This document shows positions 42,008 through 54,688 of a DNA stretch of 64,000 nt, one piece after another. The notes below the pieces were generated by a model. It did no database searches and was not told the DNA's origin. It was given only the letters and a program-made list of their open reading frames with translations. How positions within the stretch are numbered: position 1 is the stretch's first letter; the number at the start of each line of letters is the position of its first letter. The stretch is from Octopus sinensis. Taxonomy: Eukaryota. The stretch spans positions 14,260,001 through 14,324,000 of the forward strand of contig NC_042998.1 in NCBI RefSeq assembly GCF_006345805.1, written 5' to 3'. The translations under genes were made by a program, and so were the position numbers.

Positions 42008-42574
42008 TTGGGTTGTCCGGAAAGTTCTTGTCGATTTATAGTGGCTTAACTTTCGACTTATTTTAGAACGTGGTTGAGTCCATAAAATAGGATTTGACTA
42101 CACCTCTATTTAGAGCATAGCTTAAGCTATCTTTTCGTGGAATAAGGTTTATGTTCCTATAATCTGTGTTAATTCTGTAACCCTTTAAAATGGAAGAATA
42201 AGAAAGCTCATTTTCGGCACTTGATGCTTTGAGAACCAAACAAAAATTGCTGCAACTCGGCTGGGATGTGTTACCGCACCCTCCATATTCACCAGATATT
42301 GCTCCTTCGGATTTCCACTTATTCAGGTCTCTGAAGAATAGTCTTAATGGTAAAAATTTAAATTCCTTGGATGACGTAAAAAGATACCTTGATGAATGCT
42401 TTGCCATGAGACCCCCTCAATTCTGGGAAGAGGGTATTTTCAAGTTAAAGGAAAGATGGAGACACATTGTGCAACAAAATGGTTCATATTTAGTTGATTA
42501 AAAATGTAATGGAAAGTATTTATTGACCTTTTTCTTTCCTTTAAAAATCGGCACGAACTTTCCGGACAACCCAA
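42008..42574 (+). mobile_element. Internally deleted mariner transposon (567 bp)
   Basis: ~30-bp TIRs ttgggttgtccggaaagttc / gaactttccggacaacccaa; TA duplications at 42006-7 and 42575-6; transposase C-terminus LGWDVLPHPPYSPDIAPSDFHLF...NGSYLVD. Confidence 0.96.
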
Positions 42575-43079
42575 TATTTGCTGAGTAGTTATGATCAGCA
42601 TATTAAAATATATGGATATTTTGTAAATCTCTAATACCTCTACATTTTTTTCTTGTAAGCATATAGTACTCTGTCATGATAGTATTCTGTCATGTTGGCA
42701 TTATTTCCATTTTATAAAAACCAAATTATTTTACTCTCTATGTACATGTATTTTGACTAAAAACGGGCAGCTATACAAAATACAGGGGTCTCTTGCAGCG
42801 TATCGAAACCGATGGTGGACCGTCTCTCATGCAGTTTGTGAAAGCGCCTAGACAAGGTGTTATCAATGACACGATGAGCGTCGAGCGAAGCGCGCTGCGG
42901 TTGCTGCTAAATCGCTTCGAACACCCAGCCCATCGGTTCCTTGTCCGACCTGTGTGTTGCTCAGCTTTTGGTCTCTTCTCACATCGGCGTGTTCATTAAC
43001 AGCGTATGACATAATTTGAATGGATGTTGTTATCCTCAGAACCGAGGGATCTCCAAACAAGCAAGCGCTTATTGGTTCT

Positions 43080-43653
43080 TATTTCCTTATTGCCCACAAG
43101 GGGCTAAGCATAGAGAGGACAAACAAGGACAGACAAACGGATTAAGTCGATTACATCGACCCCAGTGCGTAAATGGTACTTAATTTATCGACCACAAAAG
43201 GATGAAAGGCAAAGTTGACCTCAGTGGAATTTGAACTCAGATCGTAGCGGCAGACGAAATACCTAATTATTTACTACCCACAAGGGGCTAAACACAGAGA
43301 GGACAAACAAGGGCAGACAAACGGATTAAGTCGATTATATCGACTCCAGTGCGTAATTGGTACCTATTTAATCGACCCCGACGGAATTTGTACTCAGAAC
43401 GTAACGGCAGACGAAATACTTATTTCTTTACTACCCACAAGAGACTAAATACAAACAGGACAAACAAGGACAGACAAACGGATTAAGTCGATTAAATCGA
43501 CACCAGTGCTCAACTGGTACTTAATTTATCGACCCCGAAAGGATGAAAGACAAAGTCGACCTCGGCTGAATTTGAACTCACAACGTAACGGCAGACGAAA
43601 TACGGCTACGCATTTCGCCCGGGCTGCTAACGTTTCTGCCAACTCGCCGCCTT
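43080..43653 (-). mobile_element. SINE A tandem array (one head, three bodies)
   Basis: Three units; head at 43600-43653. Confidence 0.9.
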
Positions 43654-45390
43654 ATATTATTTCCACTTAACTGTTCCTGTCAAACATCCACGTCTCATGC
43701 AGTTGTTAATGTATTCTGCTTCGTTATGTGCTTTTGGTGGTACCTGGTGAGAATGCTTTAATCCCATCAAAGTCAATACCTTTTAGCTTCCCCTTTGAGT
43801 TAACCGCATCACAGCTATTGTTACGAAGTTACTCTAATTTCTACCTGTACAGTTTTTTACGTTCAGGTAGGGAAAACCGATGTAGGTGTGTTTACCCCCG
43901 CTAATTTAGCAGTGAGGCAAAAGAGACCGATAAAATTAATATTAGACTTGAGAATATTAGTACTAGTAGAATATTCGTTCGACTAAAATTCTTCAAGCCG
44001 GTGCACCAGCATGGCCACAGTCTAATGACCGAAACAAATAAAGGATAAAAGACTCTACTCACGTAGAGGTTTTCCTTCTTACGAGGCATTCTATACGTTT
44101 CGCCATTTTTGTTTAGTTGTTAGATCTCTAGAATTTCTCCTGTCGATTTTCTGTCCTCTTCAAAAGAAATCTATCAGTTCAGTTCCACTTATGCATTTGT
44201 TGGCTTCTCTGAAGCAAAGAAAATATTGTTTTGGCTTTGTTCGTGCTTTGTGAAAATTTTATAGTACTTTCCTACTATTTTTATTAGATATTTTTCTTCA
44301 CCTCTAGTGGATATTTTGTAATTGACTAAGATTGTATAATGCGCCTACCTCTCCAAGGTGGTGGTAAAATATAACCACTTTGAGAAATGTATTTTGAACT
44401 AAGCAACTATTTCCTTGTTTTACTGACAGATCTTGCTAATTTCTTTATCATCCAACACAGAATACTATAATATATTACTGAGACTACTACAGTATTGTTT
44501 TATATTACCTACTTTTATTTCATTTCATTTCTTTTTTCCATTCAACTCTTTTCTAACTATCAATTTAATGCTACTACGCAATTCCTTCTTAACTTTCTCT
44601 TTCGTGTTATACACTGTCAAATCCATTGTCACCTGAACATTTGTTTGTGTCTGCTTTTGTTGTAATTTTCTTATGAATGTTACTTCATTTAGCACGACAT
44701 TAATGTTCTTAATTAATTTCCTCTTTTCAGTGTTTCTGTAGCGCATTCTTATAATTCGAATGCCATATCAATTTCTGTATTAAATCGGTTTGCTGTCTGC
44801 AGTAGAGTTTCTGATTGTTTATCGTCTACAATGTATAACTTGATGTCGTACTCAAGGTAAAAAAAAAAAGAGAGAAAACGAAAAAAAAAAATAAAAAAAG
44901 ACATCGTTGATGGACCTGTACAGCTCTTGTATCCAAGCCCAGTCTGATTTCACATTATTACTAAGTTAGAATCAGACTTCAAAGGAGTGTCTGTCTGCGC
45001 CCACGCGTGTATGTGTGCTCGCGCGCGCGAGTTTCTTTCAAATATTCTTCCAATAGAAAATAAAGATATATATTATATAACTTTTGTCTGAATCAGCAAA
45101 ATTGTTTGCTATTTTGTAAGGTACATAAGCATGATGAACTTAATATATGTGATTGCTATTAGCGCTGCCATCTTTATTGCCAACATTTCTAAGATCTACG
45201 AGTGGGCTGGTCCATCAAAAGCTTATTTAAAAGGTTGGTTTTAAATTTGTTATGCAATAATTGATTTTTCTCTAGACGTATGAGTCTTTCCAGCATCGCT
45301 GCTTCTCTTCTAAAGATATTGTATACTTACATACATACAACCGGCTCCCTAGACAGTGGAAGATTTATAATAATTAAAAAATAGAGGAGA

Positions 45391-45445
45391 CATACATACA
45401 TACATACATACATACATACATACATGCATGCATGCATGCATGCAT

Positions 45446-45520
<75 letters not shown>

Positions 45521-45570
45521 CACACACACATACATACATACATACATACATACATACATACATACATACA
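45391..45570. repeat. Compound microsatellite (CATA)(CATG)(CACG)(CA)(CATA)
   Basis: Seen directly. Confidence 0.95.
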
Positions 45571-45572
45571 TG

Positions 45573-45988
45573 TTATGTTATGGCTGCCCCCTCGTTATCG
45601 AGTATGGCTATTGCACGAAGCTTAACTGTTACTGGTGCGGTGATCGAATGTGACTTTTTAGCCCAGCTAAAGATCTACAAAGTCTTGTACAAAATTGGCA
45701 GCTAAAACCTTTACCGGTAATAGCCGGCTGTAGTTGTAACTGGGCTTCATGTACCTTTGCATGTCGTTTAAGTCCTCCTGCCGAATTACACTCTCTTCCA
45801 CATGCCCGACAGATATGATTAGTATGGTGTGTTACACCACCACCAGTGGCCAGGTTGTCACTCATCTGTCTCGTTTTATGACTACGAAGATGACTCATGA
45901 GTTCAGCTTTACTGAGGCAGGGTCTTGCACAGACATTGCATGTCAGAATCAAAGGAAGACCCTTCCCTTCTGGAAGTGTAACAACGAT
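45573..45988 (-). mobile_element. 5'-truncated C2H2-tailed LINE, copy 2 (three fingers)
   Basis: CNVCARPCLSKAELMSHLRSH, CRACGRECNSAGGLKRHAKVH, CQFCTRLCRSLAGLKSHIRS; same 3' UTR as 9293-9576. Confidence 0.78.
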
Positions 45989-46255
45989 CATACATACATA
46001 CGTACGTACATACGTGTGTGGGGTGGTTTGTGTATGTGATGCACTTGTGTCGAATATCGGGCTGCGCCCATGATGGAGGACCTCTTGGGAGTGTTTAGTC
46101 CAACGAGTGGACTCTGACGCTTATTATTTTTAAGTACTGGTACTCGTTATTTCGTTCTGTTTTGGCAAGCCGCTAAGTTATGGGGATTTAAACTAACCAA
46201 CAGCTGTCAAGTAGTGTTGGGACACACTAAGACACACAGACATTTGTATGTATGT

Positions 46256-47228
46256 CATTATTCAGTTTATTTCAAGATTTCTTGCCAATAGAGAAAGAGC
46301 CGGTTTCTAACCTAAATCCAAGCCTCCTTCATTGGAATTTCAACATCAACAACAGGGTATTTTGGTATTTATGTATGTATATATGTATGTATATATGTAT
46401 GTATGTACATATGTATGTATGTATGCATGTATGTATGTATGTATGTATGTATGTATGTATGTATGTATGCATGTATGTATGTATGTATGTGCACATTTGT
46501 ATGTTTTATGTATATGTTCTCATGCATATAGTTGCATATCGAGACATACTCATATATGTTTAAATGATGAACTTCTGGAAATCTTTACAGATTTTTAGGT
46601 TTCAGTGTTGGATTGGATCTATAGTCTTCGAATTAGCTTTCTCTTTTCTGCTTTTGAGAAGCCTAATTTCTCAAGATTGATATTTAGGCAGTGTGTTACA
46701 TATCCCAAGGCCACAATAATTATAGGTATAAACCTGAACTTGTAATCTGGATAGAGTAACTGCAGATTTCTCAATAGTTCAGCATAGGTGTTCTCTTTTT
46801 AACTGATCTTCAGCTTTAGGTTGGAATCTGCTGGGCAGCTAATTCCCACAACGGTGCACAGTTTCTCTTCCCTATCTCAAATCATTATATCAGGCCTGTT
46901 GTGCTTACGTTCTATTGAGGACTTCACTGGTACATTCCACCAGTATTCTTTTATATGTTGAGTGGCTATGGCTTCTAACATATTGTGGGTTCTTATTTCT
47001 TTGTCCTCGGGTTTATCCTTCCGATGGATTTCCTTATAGAGTGTCCTAGCTACAGCATCATGTCTCATCGGTAGATAATTCCGTGATGATATTTGCGGAC
47101 AACTACTTATGAAGTGGGTAATATCTTCAGTGTGAACTCCCCAAATTCTGTATCGATTGTCACCTTTTACTGTTTTTACTGCATCTCTATCCCTCTGATG
47201 CATGAGGTACTTGGTTGATATTTCCTGT
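46256..47228 (-). mobile_element. 5'-truncated R4/Dong-like non-LTR retrotransposon (restriction-like endonuclease domain), decayed
   Basis: Degenerate knuckle ...EDITHFISSC, RHDAVA, YWWN, HNRPDIMI, then KENTYAELLRNLQLLYPDYKFRFIPIIIVALG; a second 3' UTR copy at 47357-47443. Confidence 0.8.
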
Positions 47229-47633
47229 ATTCCTGTATGTGTGTATGCATGTATGTATGTATGTATGTATGTATGTATGTATGTATGTATGTATGTATGT
47301 ATGTATGTATGTATGTATGTATGTATGTATGTATGTATGTTCGTATGTGTGTATTTCATTATTCGGTTTATTTCAAGATTTCTTGCCAATAGAAAAAAAG
47401 AGGTTTCTAACCTAGATCCAAAGCTTCTTCATTGGAATTTCAACGTATGTACGTATGTGTGTATGTTATGTATGTATGTGTGTGTATGTATGTGTATGTA
47501 TGTGTGTATGTATGTGTGTATGTATGTACGTATGTGTGTAGGTATTATGTGTATGCATGTATGTCTGTGTATGTATGTGTGTATGTGTGTATATATGTCA
47601 TAAGCCATTGGAGGACCCGAGGTTATATAGAAG

Positions 47634-47951
47634 ACACTCGCCTCCTTATGAGAGCTCAAAATCTCTCGTGGAAGCGTCATCCAACCAAAGTACAAATATA
47701 TGGGAAACTACCAGCTGTGACATCTCTTGTGAAACGTAGGAGAGTCCAGTTTGCTGGACATTGTTGTAGAGCTGAAAACGAGGTAATTTCTACTCTTCTC
47801 CTCTGGAAGCCATCTACTCGCAATACCAGAAGGCGCACACTCTCCTAACCTGATGTAATCTCCAGGGATACAGGCATCCAGCAACAGCACCTCCGTAATG
47901 CTATGATGGACCGTGAAGTCTGGCGTAGCATGCTAAATTCCATTGTCTCGA
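47634..47951 (+). mobile_element. RTE-like LINE fragment
   Basis: TRLLMRAQNLSWKRHPTK...QFAGHCC, same family as 14354-15037. Confidence 0.9.
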
Positions 47952-48230
47952 TGAAGGTATCATACCGTGGGACTGAACCTAAAAAAAACGTGGTTACAGA
48001 GAATAATGGCCAAATTTGTTTATTCCTTGCATTAATTCTGAAGTAAAGATTTAGTCGTCTGTAGACTTAAAAGATAACTATTTCTTAAATCATTAAAACT
48101 AAGATGATATTTTTTTCCTGTCATTGCGCTACCTACATAATGTCACTGCTTCCGACATAAGACATTTCAGATATTTCAGTCTTGGGGGGGGGGGGAGATC
48201 TTATTACAACACGGTGCCTTTAATGCTTCT

Positions 48231-48261
<31 letters not shown>

Positions 48262-48324
48262 GGCGTCTGGTCTAGATTTTTGTTTATTTTCATTTATACC
48301 ATCCAACGCTTTTCCAGATGATGT

Positions 48325-48557
48325 ACTCTTTTACTCTTTTACTTGTTTCAGTCATTTGACTGTGGCCATGCTGGAGCAACGCCTTTAGTCGAGCAAATCG
48401 ACCACAGGACTTATTTTTTTGTAAGCCTAGTACTTATTCTACCTGTCTATTTTGCCGAGCAGCTAAATTACGGGGACTTAAACACACCAGCATCGGTTAT
48501 CAAGCGATGTTGGGGGGGGGACAAACACAGACACAGAAACATAAACACATACATACA

Positions 48558-48652
<95 letters not shown>

Positions 48653-48805
48653 CATATATGCGACAGGCTTCTTTCAGTTTCCATCTACCAAATCCACTCA
48701 CAGGGCTTTGGTCGGCCCGAGGCTATAGTAGAAGACACTTGCCCAAGGTGCCACGCAGTGGGACTGAACCCGGAACCATGTGGCTGGTAAACAAGCTACT
48801 TACCA
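48325..48805 (-). mobile_element. SINE B
   Basis: Colinear with other B copies. Confidence 0.9.
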
Positions 48806-49531
48806 CCCAGCCACTCGTACGCCTGTTGTGTTCATTATTATTTAACATTCTCGTCTGTCCTGTTCTTTCTCCGCTCATTCTCTCCCTGAGAAATGTTTTT
48901 TTTTTTAATTCCATCTCTCATTACTAATACGGTTGCATTGATTTCTGATTTCCATTTACCTGGTTCAGGAACAAATCGATGTCGGTTGACTGTGGATCAG
49001 TTTTTGTTTACCGGAGGATTCTTGACAATTTGACAAAGGTCACATGAATAAATTGCCCTTTTCTTTTCAGATTCCTACTTTCCTTTTATTTTTCCTTGGC
49101 ATGTTATAATACAGAGGTATTTGTTTCTCTCTTTTGTTATACTTTCAATTGTGTCGTTTCGTGACTGACTACTTTAAGAGTTGTTTTTACCTTAATTAGC
49201 AAGATTTTTCTGCGTACTTGCTTCGCAAGCTGTTTGTCTTATTTGTCTTTTAAAAATATTTCAGCATTAGTATGTCTGAAGGTATGTCTACTTTTCATTC
49301 TACAGTCACTAGTACTTATGTTATTTCGTTTCACCTGATGGTATTGTTTTTATCTGCTTTCATTAATACCATGGTAACCAGGCTTGCAATTTTATTGCTG
49401 TTTCGTTGTTTTTGTTTTATTCTTGGTTGGCACATTTTTTTTTTTTTTTTTTGTTCTATACGAAAATGCTTAACTGGATTTCTTCTGATGCTTTAAGATC
49501 CGAGTTCCGCCTTTAAGAACCAAATTCCGCC

Positions 49532-49841
49532 GAGATCCACTTTCCTTTTCCTTATTACAAGATCGATTAACAACAAGAAAACTAGTGTTCAGGGAGAGCT
49601 TGATCAATAAACAGTTCCCCCAAATTTTCAGCTCTTGTATTTTAGTAGAAAGAAGTATAAAACTGTGTAACACGACTTTTGTCTTTGAGATCCACTTTCC
49701 TTTTTCTTATTTCAAGATCGATTAACAACAAGAAAACTAGTGTTCAGGGAGAGCTTGATCAATTAACAGTTCCCCCAAATTTTCAGCTCTTGTATTTTAG
49801 TAGAAAGAAGTATAAAACTGTGTAACACGACTTTTGTCTTT
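49532..49841. repeat. Tandem duplication, 2 x 155 bp
   Basis: Units start gagatccactttcc at 49532 and 49687; about 3 substitutions. Confidence 0.95.
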
Positions 49842-50099
49842 GGCTACCAAATGTTATTTCCCCTTTGCTTACCCCTGGAATGTATGGAAAATGGCTAATA
49901 TTTCCTTCAAATTTTGTTTCTGTTAAATTTATTTAAACCTCAAAGAATTTCTCTCAACACTATTCCTGCTCATGATCAGAGATGCACATGTTGTCAGCCA
50001 CTATGGGACACGTTCAAATGGTTATGGTCAAGCAAATGACAAGCAAATTTATGGTATTGAGCAGAATATTTGCTATAACGATATTTCTGCTTCGGCAAC

Positions 50100-50760
50100 T
50101 CAGCGCTGAATGTGTCTGAAATGTAATGGAAAATAGGTTGGTTCGAGATATGAGACGGGCTTGTCCGAGGTGCGTGCATTGTGATGAAACCGTTCTGCAC
50201 GCACTCGTTCAGTATCCGAAAATTGCTGACTTGTGGAGTTATGTCGAGCAGCTACTCTCACGTGTGGGATGGATCCATCCATCGGCCGACTCCATAGTGA
50301 TGATTGGCCCGCTGCTCTCCTTTAATCGGACAGGCAAGGCAATTTTCCATTGCCTGGTGGCTGTGAAAAAAATAGGTTATCTGGTGGCCGAGGCTGAAAG
50401 GTATGAGGGCAGATATATTCCTATTTGGTGGAGGTCTCATTGACTTTTTCAAGTTTCACTTGAAAAGAAAATTGAGGGTGGAGAGAGAAGTGCTAACCTG
50501 GAGTGAGTTTATTGAAAAGTGGGTGACAGTTGCGAAACTGGCTAGAGTGGGAGGTACCTCTCTAAGTGTAGCTGTGAGTCGAAGAAAGGGAATTAAGAGG
50601 GCACTTGATTTTGGTGTTCTGTGAGATCTTCGACAATGGAGTTCTTAGATAATCCTTAGAGGTCATCCTCTGTCAGAAGAGCTAAATCTGTATCAGCCCC
50701 TTCCCTTTGTTTTAATCTTTGCATTCTATCTATATTCCTCTTCCTTTTCATTGTATACCG
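50100..50760 (+). mobile_element. Tx1/L1-clade LINE 3' fragment, decayed
   Basis: Knuckle CPRCVHCDETVLHALVQ, then LWSYV, and FFKFHLKRKLRVERE...FIEKW across a frameshift. Confidence 0.75.
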
Positions 50761-50882
50761 TAAATTCTCGATCAAACTGGCCGTTACATTACACAATTTA
50801 GTTTTTCTTCTTTTTGTTCTTTCTCGCGTAATTAAATTTATAAAAAATGCTTCTTTAATAAGTTTAATGTACTTTTCTTAGA

Positions 50883-51192
50883 GTGGAGGCACTTGGCCTA
50901 GTGGTTAGAGCAGTGGACTCGCAGTCGAGGGATCGCAGGTTCGAATCTCAGGCCGGGCGATGTGTGTGCTTATGAGCGAAACACCTAAGCTCCACGCGGC
51001 TCCGACAGAAGGTAATGGCGGACCTTTGCTGACTCTTTCGCCACAACTTTCTTTCACTTTCCTCATGCATCTAGCAGCTCACCTGCGACGGACCGACGTT
51101 CCGTCCAGGTTGGGAACCTATACGCCAATGAAACCAGGAAACCTGCCCTTATGAGCCAGGGATGGCTCGAGAAGGAACAAATAACAAAACAA
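50883..51192 (+). mobile_element. tRNA-derived SINE (family C-related)
   Basis: A-box tggcctagtgg, B-box ggttcgaatct, (AAC)n-like tail. Confidence 0.85.
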
Positions 51193-51837
51193 CCTTTCTT
51201 GAAAATGTCAGAAAGAATACACCAGCAGTTTCTGGCTACCATTCTTTCGGCATATTTTTATTTAACATAATCTTGACTGCTATTACCGAGTCTAAGACAT
51301 TTAAGCCCCCCCCCAAAAAAAAAAAACACACACACAAGTACAATAACCCCTGAGGACAACAAATGATGATTTAAAACTTCTTAATATATTGGAGAGGGGG
51401 TAATGAAACCTAGGGAGTAGTTGTAATCGGGGATGGAGGTAATTGTCTTTGCGGGGTAATTGTCCTGATACGTTATTACCAAGTAAGATCTTTATATATC
51501 CATAGATACACGCAACGTAAAGAGCCAGAACAAGTATGACAGCATTGGATTTTCTTTACTGCTCAAGCCATTTCATCAGCCCTTAGCCCTGGACTGCTAC
51601 TGCACTTTAGCGATCCTGGGGGTTAGAGTAAGAGTCTACCAATCTTCCTTCCAGTCTAGGCAAAAGATCTGAAAGTTGATGGATAGCATCACGCCTAGTA
51701 CTTGACGGGCCCTTTATGTCCCAGACTCCTGTGAGATGAAGAGCAGAACTGAGTTAGGTGCTAATTGCGCGTAGATCTTAAAGGGCCGGAATAAATATTG
51801 CAGGGCATTTTGTTCTGCGTTCAGATGTATCAGCTAT

Positions 51838-52113
51838 CATCATCATCATTGTTCGACCGTGGTCGAGACAATGGAATTGACCATGCTACGCCAGACTTCA
51901 CGGTCCATCATGGCATTACGGAGGTCCTGTTGCGGGATGCCTGTATCCCTGGAGATTACATCAGGGTAGGAGAGTGTGCGCCCTCTGGTATTGCGAGCAG
52001 ATGGCTTCCAGAGGAGAAGAGAAGAAATTGCCTCGTTTTCAGCTCTACAACAATGTCCAGCAAACTGGACTCTCCTACCTTTCACAAGAGGTGACACAGG
52101 TGGTAGTTTCCCA
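51838..52113 (-). mobile_element. RTE-like LINE 3' fragment
   Basis: Same family as 14354-15037; TSD tatcaRctat at 51828-51837 and 52114-52123. Confidence 0.92.
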
Positions 52114-52217
52114 TATCAACTATACTGCCGCTTTAATGTATTCATAATCCCAGATTATGTCTTAAACTCCATCAGTGTCTACCTGAGGCAAAATAACATC
52201 AATAGCAAAAAAATATT

Positions 52218-52745
52218 GTACATTATTTACATTATTTACATTTGACGGATATTTGTCTTCAACGTTTCGGCAAATATACCCTCCAGCCTTCATCAGGTGT
52301 CTTGGGAAAATTTCCCTCGGCCATAATTGACCCTATTTTTCGATGGTGTTATTGTTATTATTATTATTATTATTGTTGTTGTTGTTGTTGTTGTTGTTGT
52401 TACTGTTGTCATTGTTGTTATTGTTGTTATTCAGGTCACTGCCTGGAATTGAACTCGGAATCTTGGGGTTAGTAGACCGCGCTCTTAACCACTATGCCAT
52501 ATGCCCGTGGGTCCCCCTTACTTTTTTTAAAAACTTATTGGGTTCTAATCACTGTCTTCTACATCTCTTAAATAATCCCGGGTAATAAGGGGGATCTCAG
52601 GTCACACAGTATCAAGGTCTGTTATATGTAAACCTATGGGCCCACGGGCATATGGCATAGTGGTTAAGAGCGCGGTCTACTAACCCTAAGATTCTGAGTT
52701 CGATTCCAGGCGGTGACCTGAATAATAATAATAACAGCAAGAACA
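52218..52745. mobile_element. Inverted pair of tRNA-like heads, left copy continuing into a hammerhead-like motif
   Basis: Arms about 52420-52511 and 52641-52735 are reverse complements with A-box tggcatagtgg and B-box gagttcRattcc; minus strand CTGATGA-aggc...gcc-GAAAcgTT at 52261-52296. Confidence 0.75.
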
Positions 52746-53710
52746 ACACCACATTGCAAATTATTCAGTGCAGCTTTCGACTAATCTTCTATGTACTCTC
52801 ATACAAAGGAAATTGAATTGCCAGAGCCGTTAGAAGCGTTGGCCACAGTTCCGGCTCATTGCATTCTAAGTTCAAACCAGAAGTCATTTTGCTTGTCGTC
52901 TTCCCGGGTAAAACTGAAGTACTGAAGGCTGTTATCTCTCTCTCTCACACACACTCTCTCTCACTCTCACACACTCTCTCTCTCTCACACACTCTCTCTC
53001 TCTCACACACTCTCTCTCTCACACACACACTCTCTCTCTCTCTTTTGCCGTCTGAATTTTATCTATAATTACAAGGTTTAAGCCTTGACACAAAGTATCA
53101 TACCGTTTAGACATAGGAATTGTATCAAGGTTACACGCATTTGAACTAAGTTCACATATTATACGTTTATGTCAAGGCTAGAAACACAGTTGCTCGATAA
53201 ACTGTTTGTTCATCGTCGAAATCGACGAAGATCCTATCAAAATATTCAGAGGGCCTTGTGTATTTTAAAGCAAAACCAAGTAACTTTGGAAAATAACAGC
53301 GATATGTTTATTTAAGTATAAATACATACACACATACATGTATATGTGTGTGTGTGTATGTATGTATGTATTTATGTATGTACGAATTTATGTATGGATG
53401 TATGGATGTATGGATGTATGTATGTGGCGACTTCAATCTGCTGTCTCCCCACGCTCTTCCCTCGGCCCATAATTGACCCTATATATATTGTCACACAATG
53501 ATTCAATGCGTCTTTGACTGAATTCGTGTTTGCTAATGGAAAATATATGCATTCTGATTATTTTCCAAGAACACCTATATTATTCGTGCACATGTACCTA
53601 TGTACACGTATATACTCACACACACACACAAATAATTATATGACATATGTGTGTATATGTGTGTGTGTTTGCTTGCTTTCCTATATTATGTACTCACACG
53701 GTCATATATG

Positions 53711-53744
<34 letters not shown>

Positions 53745-53809
53745 GTATGTGTATATATATATGTATGTATATATATATATGTATGTGTGTATATATATAT
53801 ATGTATGTG

Positions 53810-53874
<65 letters not shown>

Positions 53875-54012
53875 TGTATGCATGTATATATATATATGTA
53901 TGTATATATATATATGTATGTATATATATATATATATATATAATATATATATACATATATATATATATACATACATATATATATATATATATATACATAC
54001 ATATACACATAT

Positions 54013-54064
<52 letters not shown>

Positions 54065-54455
54065 TACACACACACACAAGTGAGAGAGATTGAGATAGAG
54101 AGAGAGAGAGAGGGAATAAGAGAGGGCTAGGAAATTAGGAAATAGAGAGAGGGAGAGGCAAAAGGATGGTGTCGGGGAGATAGGCAAGATAATTCCAGCT
54201 AGTGTTGTTCAAAAACAATTTGGAAGTTGTAATCCCTGGAGATAACATGCGTGTCTAGCGACTGAAGGTTCACCATTTCGACCTGATTGGCTCTCATCAG
54301 CCTTGGTCGGTTTAGATCAACACAAACTCTCTCAGGGGTTATGACCTGCGAAATTATTTTAGAGGAACGCTTGCAATATATTCCGATATAGAATTAATTA
54401 ATTCATAAGTTCTATAGTGCGTTATATAATTTATACTTACACACACGTACACACA

Positions 54456-54490
<35 letters not shown>

Positions 54491-54639
54491 CTATTTCCAT
54501 ATCCCATACGTGTTTGTGATTTTGCGAGTGCGTGTTCATGCTTGCTCTTGAGTGCTTGAATATAAGTGTGTTTGTTGTTTGTCACAGTCTCTCTCACTTG
54601 TGTGTGTGTGTGTATAATATATATATATATGTGTGTGTT

Positions 54640-54686
<47 letters not shown>

Positions 54687-54688
<2 letters not shown>

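Noticed and set aside
42790-43060. GC-richer short ORFs
   Set aside because: No recognisable motif; probably decayed TE
50082-50097. 16-nt identity tatttctgcttcggca with the U6 5' region (22809-22824) at the Tx1-like 5' junction, hinting at U6 targeting
   Set aside because: No remaining U6 sequence on the other side of the element and only about 10 nt is surely U6; chance cannot be excluded
52641-52720. Apparent tRNA genes here and at SINE heads (2336, 13775, 38745, 50883, 59600)
   Set aside because: A/B boxes are present but acceptor and anticodon stems do not pair properly, and the sequences continue into repeat bodies
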